Shown here: positions 38,727-48,789 of the stretch, piece after piece
Layout: each line of letters opens with the position of its first letter
How positions within the stretch are numbered: position 1 is the stretch's first letter
NCBI GenBank assembly: GCA_029261065.1
Contig: JAJDCB010000004.1
Span: 1-56,366 of the forward strand
DNA from: Candidatus Omnitrophota bacterium
GTDB lineage: Bacteria; Omnitrophota; Gorgyraeia; Zapsychrales; Zapsychraceae
Direction: 5' to 3'
DNA: 56,366 bases
Made by a program: the position numbers and the translations under genes
Notes under the pieces: model-generated
Database searches by the model: none
Told to the model about the DNA's origin: nothing
What the model saw: only the letters and a program-made list of their open reading frames with translations

Positions 38727-40397
38727 ATGCTGACAATCGTGAAAAACAAGCCACCCAAACACCACCTGCTATGTTTAGCCCTCATCGTAAGTCTTTCTCT
38801 GGCCATAGGTTTCATTTTGGTGAAATTGACTTATCAGATAAATTATTGGCCCACAGACTCACGCCATCTCTATATTCCAGCTGCAAAATCCTTGGGCCAA
38901 CTCCCTTATATCTCAAGCATTCATGAGCACAATCGTTTCAATTCGCTTCATGGCAAAGAAGTATTAGTCATAGGAATACAATACTTTCAGCTTTTGCTTA
39001 ATGATGATCTTACGTTATTTCCCAATGTCTTACTTTTAATTTTCTGCGTTTGTTTCTCCGGAGTCCTTATCTATCTTATCTCCCAACATTTTCATGGTCC
39101 ACCCATTGCTTTCATAACAGCCCTAATTTTCTTAAGCTGCTTTTGGCCTTATCAATATGTATTGCAAGGAGCTCATCAACCTTTAGTATTATTGGTCTTT
39201 CTTTTAGCCACAGCCTGTTTAATCCTTATCACGAACTCTCTTGTTGCCATATGTTTATCTGGACTCTTTTTAGGGAGCATGTTTTTCTGCTCACCGACCT
39301 CTCCTGTTTATTTGCCGTATTATTTAGGGGCCTTACTTTATTTTCTCAAACAAAGACCTATCAAGAACCCCCTTCTTACATTTATATTCTTCTTCATAGG
39401 TTTTATAACAATACCCATCGTCATCAACTTTCCTAATCCGCTTGAAAATCTCTCTAACTACTATTCGTTTATTCGTGATAGCCAACAAAATAATAATTTT
39501 ACAAAACCTCAAATCGATTTTGGAGCGAAATTCCCTTCTCTCTCATCTCGTGGGGCAGGATTAGATTGGGTCCTACAATATATGTTTCTTATCATGCCTA
39601 TATTATTTACCTCCTTCATCGTATCTATTGTTTATCTCACCAAACACTCCTTAAAGAAACCAACATATCTCATCATTATTTTCTTAGGGCTATCAACGCT
39701 TCTTGCCGTCGAGACGATACAAGTTGCGCAATTTGGACGAAACTATTTTTCATGGATTATTGGAATTCTCATTGCCATTAGCTTTGCCATGGCTCATTTT
39801 AAAAATACAACCTATTCTCAACTTCTGTCACAGAATAAAAAAACACTATTTTCGTTATGCATAATTTTACTAGCTACACATATTGCCTTTAATATTAATC
39901 TTTTTAAAAAAGATGTTTACCCCTCACGTATGACAACAAACAGCCTTTATGATTGGATGAAGAATAATCCATCTCACAAATTTTACACATACGCCAATCA
40001 CCCATACAATATCAATATTATTGAACACTTAAACAATCCGCGTGATCAAAAGCCCATTAATATTGAATTTGTTTCCTCCCTTAAGGATGTAGAAGACGGC
40101 TATTTCATCATGCCACCTGTTACCGGAAAAACCATATGGGTCAATTGCCAGTTACCTGGATTTTTTGCTGATATGGAACTATTTAAACTTGTTAGTTCAG
40201 GTTCCTTTCTCGATTATGTATTAAGTGACTTTCCGACTCTAGCCTCAAGTCGTATTTGGCCCCAAGAAGAGGAATACTGTAGTTATCTTGATCTTCATCT
40301 GCATAACATTACCCCTCGTGATCGTTTATTAGGTAAAGTTTACATCTTAGATGCTAAAAAACTTCAAGATCAATGGTTTTCAAAAAATGTTCAGTAA
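38727..40397 (+). CDS. Polytopic membrane protein, possible GT-C-fold glycosyltransferase
   Basis: TM1 followed by WPTDS..Y loop, about 11 TM segments, soluble C-terminal domain; glycosylation context. Confidence 0.5.
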   Translation: MLTIVKNKPPKHHLLCLALIVSLSLAIGFILVKLTYQINYWPTDSRHLYIPAAKSLGQLPYISSIHEHNRFNSLHGKEVLVIGIQYFQLLLNDDLTLFPNVLLLIFCVCFSGVLIYLISQHFHGPPIAFITALIFLSCFWPYQYVLQGAHQPLVLLVFLLATACLILITNSLVAICLSGLFLGSMFFCSPTSPVYLPYYLGALLYFLKQRPIKNPLLTFIFFFIGFITIPIVINFPNPLENLSNYYSFIRDSQQNNNFTKPQIDFGAKFPSLSSRGAGLDWVLQYMFLIMPILFTSFIVSIVYLTKHSLKKPTYLIIIFLGLSTLLAVETIQVAQFGRNYFSWIIGILIAISFAMAHFKNTTYSQLLSQNKKTLFSLCIILLATHIAFNINLFKKDVYPSRMTTNSLYDWMKNNPSHKFYTYANHPYNINIIEHLNNPRDQKPINIEFVSSLKDVEDGYFIMPPVTGKTIWVNCQLPGFFADMELFKLVSSGSFLDYVLSDFPTLASSRIWPQEEEYCSYLDLHLHNITPRDRLLGKVYILDAKKLQDQWFSKNVQ

Positions 40398-42774
40398 GGA
40401 AAGAAAAACTCAAATATTTATCTGGGCGACGCTTACCTTTTTCTTAATCGCCCCCACATTATATATTATCCTCCAATCACGAATCGTTACCGGCCACGAT
40501 GCCTTTGTTTACTTTGCTCTTCAGTATTTCTTTTTAAACAACGTTGTTACCGCGTATGAAATCCCACAATGGATTCCTTTTATGACGCATGGATCTATCG
40601 CAAACTGGATGCATGTGATTCAAGCAGGATTTTTACAAAACATCCTGTGTCTTACTGGAAGCTTATTTAAAGATGTCAACTTTCTTACCCTTTTTAATCT
40701 TGGATTTATCATTGATGAAACAATTTTCGTTATAGGTACATGGTATTTTGCAAAACGCTTTTTAAAACATCGTTTAAGTTTGTTATTGTTATCCATCACG
40801 ATACTTGGATCCTCCATTTGGATGAGCCAACCCTGGTATAACCTGCACTTTATTTATTGTTTGCCATTAATTCTTCATCTCCTGCACTCCTTTCTTGAAA
40901 CAGGCAAGTGGCGTTTTGTTTTATTAGCTGGCCTTCTCACCGCTTTTCAAATGTTAGGCAACCTCCCCTATTTTTTACCCGTAATCACGTTTGTTGTTTT
41001 TCTATATTTTCTTTTATTTATTCTATGTGACAAAAAAACAGTTAAACAAACATTTAAACAATTATCATTTGGTCTTTCAGCAATCCTAACTCTCTTTTTT
41101 ATTGCCCTCTCTTTTATCTGCATTCACTTAGCCCTTACTATTGGGACTGATGAGATAGTCAATTACAATTTTGGTCGTAAAGTCGATGGCACGATTACCA
41201 TGGAACATTTCAAAGGATACGCAGGAAATCTCGGGTTAGAAAAATGGATGGAACTGTTTATTGGCCTTTCCCCTTGTTTGGATTACACCTTATATATCGG
41301 CATTCTTCCAATCATTTGTGCAGGCTACGGCATTAAACATAGCTTTGAAAGGAAACGGGGACACTTCCTCTTATTACTCATCATCTTATTGCTTATCAGC
41401 GGCGGAACACTTCTCTCCAATGCCTTATATTATATATGGCCTTTTATGCAATATTTTCGTCATCTTGCATTGATGAGTGTCTTTATCAAATTCTTCTTAT
41501 GTGTGATAGCCGCCATTGGTTTTGATACGTTTCTTCAAAAAGCTTTGTCAGATGAAAAGAACTCAAAGATTAAAACCGCATCAACACTATTTGCTTTGAC
41601 GTTATTGGCTATAGCAACAACATTGTTTGTATTTTCTCTTCAACCCCTAAAGACATCCCAAAAAATCGATAATATTGTCAAAGATGGCTTAGTAAAATCA
41701 GGCCAATACGAACATGATCATAACAAAATGTATGGATGGGCCTATCACGACATCATAATCAACAATATTTTTTCACCCACAGCCATTAAAAACATATTCC
41801 AGAAAAACGCCATCATTGCTAGCCTCTTAGCATTAATTTTTCTATTCTTTTCTCATCAGAAATCGATTCCTAAACGCTATCAACTTATTCTCTTTCTACT
41901 TTGCTTACATATCTTCGATATCTTCTCATATAAATTTTTAAACATTCAAACAAAAACTGTCCGCATCAATCATATAAAAGATGATCTCACACGCTTTCAA
42001 AATACTTCTTATCCAAAAAGACGTTCAACATCCTTTTGGAGAGGAAACTCACGCGCCAAACTAATTCATCCAGCCATACCAGTTGTAGGGATTTTTCACT
42101 GGACAAGCAACCTCTTCTTCTTTCACGATGAATTTGATCAACACATCCGTACAGATTACTGGATGAAACCATTCGATCAGTATATTCGTGCATATGCCGG
42201 TCAAGATATTGACGATTTAACTGTTTGGCCTAAGGGATTACAATTTTATTTTGGGTGGGAAATTCCGACGACAAATGTGTCTGCTCAAAAAATATCTGGC
42301 GTGCTTGAGGATAAAATTCAATTCTTTTCTGAAGTGTTATGGTTTGATACCGATAAAAAAATTGCTAAAACTCTTAATGATCCTCAATACCAAGGGGACC
42401 TTCTTCTCTTACACCAAAAAAATCCTCCCCACGCATCCCAAATGACAAAACAATCCAATACGCGCATACACCTTGATTATGACATCCAACAATTTGACGC
42501 CAATAATCTTAAAGTATCTATCAACAACACAACAAACAAAAAAATATGGATGCACTACAGTGATGTATGGCATCCATTTTGGAAAGCTTACCTAGATGGC
42601 AAAGAAATTCCACTATATAAATCTAACTTAGCTTACAAAGCCATTGAAGTTCCTACTGGAAACCATCAGCTTCATATGCAATTTTTAAACCCATTTCTTA
42701 ATACATTAACAATCTTATTCGGTCTTATCTCGACCATAGGACTTTGTTGTTTCATTTTTCTTTTTAAACATTAA
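40387..42774 (+). CDS. YfhO-like polytopic membrane protein (GT-C-like)
   Basis: HD loop, IPQWIPFMTHG, many TM segments, C-terminal YSDVWHPFWKAYLDGKE..YKSNLAYKAIEVPTGNHQLHMQF typical of YfhO. Start adjusted to ATG 40387. Confidence 0.75.
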   Translation: MFSKERKTQIFIWATLTFFLIAPTLYIILQSRIVTGHDAFVYFALQYFFLNNVVTAYEIPQWIPFMTHGSIANWMHVIQAGFLQNILCLTGSLFKDVNFLTLFNLGFIIDETIFVIGTWYFAKRFLKHRLSLLLLSITILGSSIWMSQPWYNLHFIYCLPLILHLLHSFLETGKWRFVLLAGLLTAFQMLGNLPYFLPVITFVVFLYFLLFILCDKKTVKQTFKQLSFGLSAILTLFFIALSFICIHLALTIGTDEIVNYNFGRKVDGTITMEHFKGYAGNLGLEKWMELFIGLSPCLDYTLYIGILPIICAGYGIKHSFERKRGHFLLLLIILLLISGGTLLSNALYYIWPFMQYFRHLALMSVFIKFFLCVIAAIGFDTFLQKALSDEKNSKIKTASTLFALTLLAIATTLFVFSLQPLKTSQKIDNIVKDGLVKSGQYEHDHNKMYGWAYHDIIINNIFSPTAIKNIFQKNAIIASLLALIFLFFSHQKSIPKRYQLILFLLCLHIFDIFSYKFLNIQTKTVRINHIKDDLTRFQNTSYPKRRSTSFWRGNSRAKLIHPAIPVVGIFHWTSNLFFFHDEFDQHIRTDYWMKPFDQYIRAYAGQDIDDLTVWPKGLQFYFGWEIPTTNVSAQKISGVLEDKIQFFSEVLWFDTDKKIAKTLNDPQYQGDLLLLHQKNPPHASQMTKQSNTRIHLDYDIQQFDANNLKVSINNTTNKKIWMHYSDVWHPFWKAYLDGKEIPLYKSNLAYKAIEVPTGNHQLHMQFLNPFLNTLTILFGLISTIGLCCFIFLFKH

Positions 42775-42991
42775 TTTCATACCTTCGCGATAAGAGATCT
42801 CCATTGACCATTGTCAGAAACCCTTTTACCTTATCACTAGGAATATTAATTTCCGTAACCTTATCATGATTCACATCCTCAAATATAAGCTGAATACAAA
42901 CCTTTTCATTTTCATCCAAGTGATGTCTAGAATACATCTTATAAGAGCTACCAAATTCATCCCATTCCAAAATTTCATTAATTTTAGGCAT
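42764..42991 (-). CDS. Hypothetical protein (75 aa)
   Basis: Strong RBS AAGGAG; follows the transporter gene; no recognisable motif. Confidence 0.6.
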   Translation of the reverse strand: MPKINEILEWDEFGSSYKMYSRHHLDENEKVCIQLIFEDVNHDKVTEINIPSDKVKGFLTMVNGDLLSRRYEINV

Positions 42992-43003
42992 TACTTTCTC
43001 CTT

Positions 43004-44275
43004 TTAAAAAAAACATTTCCATATTAAAAACAGAATTCCGAATCCTGTTAAGTAAATCATTCCTATCCATGAAAAAACAAGCAACCAACCCTTTGGCTTA
43101 TCAGCCTCAGGCATATGATCACCCGTGACGGTACGAATATTGATATAAGCAAAAATTGGGGCTGCTAGAAAAGCAAGAATCGTGGCAAAATCGATGAGCA
43201 TTTTCATCCTATGAATAAACATTCCAATAATCACCAACGAAACTAATGCAATTGTAATAATCGAGATAGCATAAATATAATCACCTTTTTCCCTCCATTG
43301 AGGCTTAATCATTATTAAAGCCTCACGGATAACTCTTGGGAAGGCATCTAAGCAGCACAGCGTTGTACTAAACATCGTTGTTGTTGCGGCAATAACAATA
43401 ATCCAATAACTCCAGGGGCCTAATGCTTTTGTGTAAAGAGAAATGACTTGTCCCGTAAACTTTGGTGCCGAATTTTCAAAATTCTCCCCCGTCCCATACA
43501 TAACAAGCGCGCCTAAACTCAAGAAAAAAATCGCCATTACCATAGTTCCCCAATAACCTAGATGAAAATCAAATAAGGCTTCATGCATGGATGGTTTATG
43601 TTGTGTTTGTTTCATGCGCTCCGCACTCCAAAACGAATGCCATACCCCAATCTCAAGGGTTGTTGGCATCCAACCCATAAGGGCAACAAGAAATGTGATT
43701 CCAGCTAAATCCCATTTAAATGGTGTTAGAAATTCCGCCTGGGCTTGAGAACCTTTGGTAACCGCAGCTCCAAACGCAAACACTGTTGAGATCCCTAATA
43801 ATACAATCATGACTTTCATGGATTTATCTAAAAGAGGATATTTCCCTAATAATAGAATCACACAACACAGTAATAATAAAATTGCGCTTAAGACAACAGC
43901 TGGTCCAGTCCAATGAAGAAGATTAACTAATAATCCGGTAGTGACAAGGGTTACAGCAGATTGGATAGGAAACATGGTACACAAGGACAAGAAAAGAAAT
44001 AAATAGAACGCCCATTTTCCTACGCGACGGTAACCATGCAGAAGATGTTCGCCGGTGGCGACTACATAACGGGGGGCAAATTCAAAGAAAGGAAATTTAA
44101 AGATATTAGCGATGAGTACGGCCCATAAAAGCGCAAAACCGTAATCAGCCCCTGCGCGGGTAGACTGAACTAAATGAGAAACACCAATACTGGTGCCAGC
44201 GAAAATAATTCCGGGACCTAAACTTTTAAGAAGTCCTGAAAATGAAAATTTAACTCTTGGTGTATTGTCTTGCAT
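43004..44275 (-). CDS. NRAMP/MntH-related (APC-fold) transporter
   Basis: LGPGIIFAGTSIGVSHLVQSTRAGADYG, LMGWMP, TMFSTT...DAFPR. Lacks the canonical DPGN motif, so the substrate is uncertain. Start adjusted to ATG 44275. Confidence 0.8.
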   Translation of the reverse strand: MQDNTPRVKFSFSGLLKSLGPGIIFAGTSIGVSHLVQSTRAGADYGFALLWAVLIANIFKFPFFEFAPRYVVATGEHLLHGYRRVGKWAFYLFLFLSLCTMFPIQSAVTLVTTGLLVNLLHWTGPAVVLSAILLLLCCVILLLGKYPLLDKSMKVMIVLLGISTVFAFGAAVTKGSQAQAEFLTPFKWDLAGITFLVALMGWMPTTLEIGVWHSFWSAERMKQTQHKPSMHEALFDFHLGYWGTMVMAIFFLSLGALVMYGTGENFENSAPKFTGQVISLYTKALGPWSYWIIVIAATTTMFSTTLCCLDAFPRVIREALIMIKPQWREKGDYIYAISIITIALVSLVIIGMFIHRMKMLIDFATILAFLAAPIFAYINIRTVTGDHMPEADKPKGWLLVFSWIGMIYLTGFGILFLIWKCFF

Positions 44276-44507
44276 TGAGAACTTTGGTCGAAACCCTAAA
44301 AATGATAAGCCCAAAAATAGTACCGACTAATGCAAATAAAGGAACAAAGACTAACAAATTATTTAAAAACATATCCAAATCGAATCGGACAGCATCGGCC
44401 ACTAGCTTTGACTGCTTTAACGTCGTTATAAGTGCCGCCAAAACACCTGTTGGAACACCCCACAAAAAAATACCCACTAACATCCACGTTTTTTTATCGA
44501 TTTGCAT
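44250..44507 (-). CDS. Small two-TM membrane protein
   Basis: RBS AAGGAGGAG; two hydrophobic segments. Confidence 0.7.
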   Translation of the reverse strand: MQIDKKTWMLVGIFLWGVPTGVLAALITTLKQSKLVADAVRFDLDMFLNNLLVFVPLFALVGTIFGLIIFRVSTKVLNARQYTKS

Positions 44508-44528
44508 AATCTCCTCCTTGTGTCTCCT

Positions 44529-45431
44529 TTAAGACAACTTCGCAACAATAGACTTTATCTCATCATAACTAGCAAACGGTTTTGATTCAACAACGCGAAT
44601 AACATCTTTGTGAAAATAAGGTAATAATTTCTTTAAATTCATATCGCCCTCAAAAGGAGCCAGATGATCGCGTCGTCCTTTCATACCGTGAATGTGGACA
44701 CCGATTAATTGTTTTTTATATGTTTCGAGAAAGTCTTTATGCGCACGTATTCCTAAACGACTATTCATCTCCGCATGACCCACATCATGCCAATAACCTA
44801 TGGGCTTATCTTGAAAACGGGTTAAAAAGTAGCGAATCTCATCAAAGTCTGGCATCTCTAAGGGATAATAACGCGTTTCTAAACCAATCGTAACCTCATG
44901 CTCCTCGGCATAATCTAAAACATCTTCTAAACTTTGTTCTAAAGAGCGTAAATAAAAAAGTTTTCTTTCTCGACGTAACGTTAAAATTCTTTTACGCTCA
45001 TTTTCAAATTGCTTGGAAGCCACCCGTCCATTGGTGTAAAGTTTAAATAATTGAGGAGAACGATTATCTTCTTCATCAACCACGCCAGCATGAATCACAA
45101 CTACCTTAGCTCTTACACGTTTAGCGGTATCAATAGCAATCTTCGTCCATTTAACAGCTTGTTTACGTTCGTGCTCATCTAATGCGGACAAACGAAAATA
45201 ATTGGAGACATGACGATCGGAGGGTTCGTCGTTGGGGGTGGGGCAAAAGTTGTGGATACTTGAGACTTGAAGTTCAAGCTCGTCTAACACCTCTTCGGCT
45301 TCCTTGAGTTGTTCATGATCGACTTTATAACTAAGTTCGACAGCTGTAAAACCAATTTTCTTAATTTGTTCTAACCAATGCGTTATCCCCTTCTCGGGTT
45401 CGGGCATCCAGGATGTTGATATTGAAAGCAT
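44529..45431 (-). CDS. Sugar-phosphate isomerase/epimerase family (xylose-isomerase-like TIM barrel)
   Basis: GFTAVEL, SIHN, VVIHAG, LETR, WHDVGH, VHIHG, DHLAP..G. Confidence 0.85.
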   Translation of the reverse strand: MLSISTSWMPEPEKGITHWLEQIKKIGFTAVELSYKVDHEQLKEAEEVLDELELQVSSIHNFCPTPNDEPSDRHVSNYFRLSALDEHERKQAVKWTKIAIDTAKRVRAKVVVIHAGVVDEEDNRSPQLFKLYTNGRVASKQFENERKRILTLRRERKLFYLRSLEQSLEDVLDYAEEHEVTIGLETRYYPLEMPDFDEIRYFLTRFQDKPIGYWHDVGHAEMNSRLGIRAHKDFLETYKKQLIGVHIHGMKGRRDHLAPFEGDMNLKKLLPYFHKDVIRVVESKPFASYDEIKSIVAKLS

Positions 45432-45477
45432 AGTCTCCTTTTAAGTAATAGTATCGTATCAAATAATAAACAAGCAC

Positions 45478-45555
45478 GGTTTCCCGCTTCCGCGGGAATG
45501 ACAAGTAAAGCGAGAATCACAAGTTAGAGGAAAATGACAAGTTTAGCGGGATTAA
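45478..45555 (-). repeat. REP/RS3-like palindrome adjoining degenerate 18-bp tandem half-units
   Basis: 45478-45502 reverse complement is GTCATTCCCGCGGAAGCGGGAAACC. Units gcgggaatgacaagtaaa / gcgagaatcacaagttag / aggaaaatgacaagttta / gcgggattaa start at 45492, 45510, 45528 and 45546. Confidence 0.8.
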
Positions 45556-45564
45556 TAATCATAC

Positions 45565-45759
45565 TTATTCATCAAACCCATCAACAACCTTTTTCACCTG
45601 AAGCTCAGCCTTTTCAATCTTTTCCTTACACGTCTTAATAAGCGTAACAGCTTCCTTCACTTTATCAGATAACTCATCAACATCAATTTCTTCTTTTTCA
45701 ATTTTATCAATGATTTCTTCTAATTTTTGAATTGATTTACTATATTTAACTTCAGCCAC
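45565..45759 (-). CDS. xseB: Exodeoxyribonuclease VII small subunit
   Basis: Y..SIQKLEEII.KIE....DVDEL...VKEA..LIK.CKEKI..AE; follows xseA. GTG 45759 chosen from RBS GGAGGAG. Confidence 0.92.
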   Translation of the reverse strand: MAEVKYSKSIQKLEEIIDKIEKEEIDVDELSDKVKEAVTLIKTCKEKIEKAELQVKKVVDGFDE

Positions 45760-45780
45760 CGTGACTCCTCCCATCTTAAT

Positions 45781-47100
45781 CTATAATTTATTCTTTTTTT
45801 GTACTAAACTTATCACATTCCCTCCAACCAATTCCGTTTGCAATTGATCTTCTAAATCAATATCCTCAAGCCGTCTTATGATTTTACCTTGGGCATTTCG
45901 TGTAATACTAAAACCTCGTTTTAAGGTGTTAACAGGATGAAGGATATCAATAATCTTGGTAAAATTATTAAGTTTAACATGTTCCTCTTGAAATCTTTGT
46001 TTCACAATCTTTCCTAGAGCCTCTTCTTTGCTTAAAATATAGCGTCGAGAATCGTTAATAAAAACTTGAGGCCGCTGGGTCAAAGATTCTTCTAAACGTG
46101 TGACCCTCTCATTATGAGATTTTAGAAAGCGATGCGTGGTGTTATGCAAATTCATGGCGACATCTTTTAGGCGTTGTTGCTCTCCTTGAATTTTTGATTG
46201 AACCTCTTCGATCACCACCTTCATTTTCTCATCTAACGTATCTAAATAAGCTGTAACCATCTTAACTAAGCCTTGTGCAAGCGCTGTTGGTGTCTTTGCA
46301 AAGGTATGTGCGGCTAAATCTGTAATCGTTGTGTTAATTTCATGACCAATGCCTGAAAGAATAGGTAATCGGCTCCCTGCAATGGCCTCAACAATATCTT
46401 TATTATCAAAACAACTTAAATCAGCAATCGAACCCCCACCACGTGTAATGAGAATAACATCTAAATCCTTAATACCCTCAAGCTCTTTGATCGCAGCACA
46501 CACATCAGCAGGCGTATTCTTGCCTTGCATTATGGTATTACGCACATAAATCTTAAATCCAAAACCACTTTTTTGTAACTCTGATAAAAAATCATTGTAA
46601 GCGGCTGAATCATCGGATGTGATCAGACCAAGGGAAAGTGGTACGAGGGGTAAACTTAGTGTTTTATTTTTATCTAAAACACCTTTTTGTTTTAACTCGG
46701 CAATAAGCTGTTGCCGATCTTGTGCTAGTTTTCCAAGAGTATAGACAGGATCAATGCTTTCAACGACAAGTCGAACCGCACCATGAGGGGCATAGTAATC
46801 AATCTTGCAAGCAAACTTAACTTCTATGTCATCTTTTAAACTAAACGCATTTTCACTTTTCTTAAGAATATTTTGAATCTGTAATTTTCGATTCGCAAAA
46901 ATAACTAAACCAATACGAGACTTAACATTCCTTGAGTTCTTTTCCTTTTCTATTAGTTCAAAGAACACATGACTCTTATCTTTATTGCGATTAAACCCTT
47001 GAATTTCCCCACAAACCCAAAGGGTCTGAGGAAATCCAGAATTAATCACATCTTTAATATACTGATTTAACTCAGAGACTGTTAGGAATTCTTGACTCAT
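45781..47100 (-). CDS. xseA: Exodeoxyribonuclease VII large subunit
   Basis: LTVSELNQYIK, WVCGEI, RGGGS..DL..FD, SGIGHE.N.TI.DL.A.....TPTA, P..TLKRGFS. Confidence 0.96.
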   Translation of the reverse strand: MSQEFLTVSELNQYIKDVINSGFPQTLWVCGEIQGFNRNKDKSHVFFELIEKEKNSRNVKSRIGLVIFANRKLQIQNILKKSENAFSLKDDIEVKFACKIDYYAPHGAVRLVVESIDPVYTLGKLAQDRQQLIAELKQKGVLDKNKTLSLPLVPLSLGLITSDDSAAYNDFLSELQKSGFGFKIYVRNTIMQGKNTPADVCAAIKELEGIKDLDVILITRGGGSIADLSCFDNKDIVEAIAGSRLPILSGIGHEINTTITDLAAHTFAKTPTALAQGLVKMVTAYLDTLDEKMKVVIEEVQSKIQGEQQRLKDVAMNLHNTTHRFLKSHNERVTRLEESLTQRPQVFINDSRRYILSKEEALGKIVKQRFQEEHVKLNNFTKIIDILHPVNTLKRGFSITRNAQGKIIRRLEDIDLEDQLQTELVGGNVISLVQKKNKL

Positions 47101-47113
47101 AGGTAAGGCTTAT

Positions 47114-48103
47114 TTAAAAAACGGATTTAAGAGCGCTTCCAAAAAGCTTCTTCATCCCTTTTCTTGTTTTTTCACGAACCTCTTCCTCAACGACATCCGA
47201 AGCTTCTTCCTTAGCTCCCGCAACAGCTCTGTCTCCAAGGGTACTACTATCTGCGGCAACTGATGAAGATTTTGATTTTTTCTGATAAGCTCCTGGATTT
47301 TGTTGCATGTCTTTAAACTTCCTTAAATTTTCCTGCATCTCTGGACTATTAGCCATCTGTTCTTGCAGCTGCTGCATTTGGATCATGGCTTCCTGCATTT
47401 CAGGTGAATTTTGCATCGCATTCATCGCATTCATCGCGGCTTCCATATCTTCAGGATTGACCGGCTCACCATCGCGTCCAACATACTCAGACAGATCTTG
47501 CTCCACAATCTCTACATCGGAAGGCACTCTAAATTTCGATTTCGCGATAGAGACATTTTCCTTAAAGCTTTTTGCTACCATATTAAAAGTCATCCCCATA
47601 ATATTGGTTTCTGTCTTTAAAGGGATGTCTTTATAAATCCAAACTTTCGAATTTCCTAACTTTCTCATTTCATAAACGTCACACAACTTTCCTAATATAC
47701 GCTCTTGACCAACCTTAACAGCATCATAAGCTTCAAGCATCGCCTTACCAAACTCTCGAGGTGACTGCTGACCTGTCACCATTTCCAGCGTATCTTCATA
47801 ATTAATAACGGATCCTGTCTTTTTGATTGGATCATAATTGTACATTAACTCTTCATCAAGAATACTGACATCATTCACCGTATTTTTTATTCCAAACACC
47901 TTCGTTGTTGTATTCTGATATCGGGCTTCCCGCCGACCATAATCCGTCCAATAAAGCGTCTCTGTTCCTTGAACTTGCGCACTATTTTGCTCATACTCAA
48001 TAATCCCAGATCTAATCCTATATCTTTTTTCAGCAGCAAAACCCTGTGTGGCGCTAACACATAACATAAGCCCTACCCATAACACCAATTTCCAATTCTT
48101 CAT
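47114..48103 (-). CDS. Exported hypothetical protein with a Met/Gln-rich C-terminal region
   Basis: Signal peptide (GFA|A); G.E.ILGK.CDVY and KVWIYKDIPLK beta-rich domain; duplicated NSPEMQE. Start adjusted to ATG 48103 (GGAG RBS). Confidence 0.75.
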   Translation of the reverse strand: MKNWKLVLWVGLMLCVSATQGFAAEKRYRIRSGIIEYEQNSAQVQGTETLYWTDYGRREARYQNTTTKVFGIKNTVNDVSILDEELMYNYDPIKKTGSVINYEDTLEMVTGQQSPREFGKAMLEAYDAVKVGQERILGKLCDVYEMRKLGNSKVWIYKDIPLKTETNIMGMTFNMVAKSFKENVSIAKSKFRVPSDVEIVEQDLSEYVGRDGEPVNPEDMEAAMNAMNAMQNSPEMQEAMIQMQQLQEQMANSPEMQENLRKFKDMQQNPGAYQKKSKSSSVAADSSTLGDRAVAGAKEEASDVVEEEVREKTRKGMKKLFGSALKSVF

Positions 48104-48162
48104 TTTCTCCTCCATTATCATTTTTTGGTTACACGATTCTCCAGAGCCCAAAAAACATTCAT

Positions 48163-48414
48163 TTAATTATTGGCAACTCTGTGAAGTAATTCTGAAATAA
48201 AAGTTTGATATTTTACTCCAAATTGTTGCGCCTTCTTTTTTAATAACTTTAGATCATCGCTGTTAATTCGTATATTGAGTACAGAATCTTTTTTTCGTGA
48301 AGCAATGGCTTGAGCTATCTGTTGAAATTCATTATCATTAATTTCAATATATTTACCCTCAATTAAAGTATTTTCAATCTCTTTTTCAGTTTTAGTCAAT
48401 TTAACTTTTCTCAT
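48163..48414 (-). CDS. Putative antitoxin (BrnA/CopG-like ribbon-helix-helix)
   Basis: LNIRINSDDL.LLK.KA...GVKYQTFISELLH; ATGA overlap with the toxin stop. Confidence 0.8.
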   Translation of the reverse strand: MRKVKLTKTEKEIENTLIEGKYIEINDNEFQQIAQAIASRKKDSVLNIRINSDDLKLLKKKAQQFGVKYQTFISELLHRVANN

Positions 48415-48671
48415 AATTCTCCCTCCTCATATATCTTTGTATATTTCCGAGATGGAAATAATGTTTTCAAAAATATATCTTTATTTTCTTCAACAACATA
48501 TGGTACTACCCAAACATAACGTTTATACAAGAAAAGCATAATATTCTGATTTTTCTTTTTCGGATGCTTCTTGACCGATATTAGCTTTCCTTTAAGAATG
48601 TCCTCAAAAGAGACTCCACGCACTTTTTTTAATCGTTCATTTTTTAACAAATTCCAACGAATATCAGACAT
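48411..48671 (-). CDS. Putative BrnT-like (RelE-fold) toxin
   Basis: WNLLKNERLKKVRGVSFEDI, YVWVVPYV, FLKTLFPSRKYTK; toxin-first gene order. Confidence 0.8.
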   Translation of the reverse strand: MSDIRWNLLKNERLKKVRGVSFEDILKGKLISVKKHPKKKNQNIMLFLYKRYVWVVPYVVEENKDIFLKTLFPSRKYTKIYEEGEL

Positions 48672-48677
48672 AACTTA

Positions 48678-48706
48678 AGTATAACACAATACTTTTGTGT
48701 ATACAA
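48678..48706 (-). promoter_or_regulatory. TA promoter with a palindromic operator in the spacer
   Basis: TTGTAT-N17-TATACT; the spacer is ACACAA-AAGTA-TTGTGT; the ATG lies 6 nt after the -10 box and there is no RBS. Confidence 0.75.
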
Positions 48707-48789
48707 TAGTAATTTGACATACACATTTAAAATTTTAAGTGGATTAATTTATCTCATTATATTACACCATTTCTAAATGTAAAGCTGCA

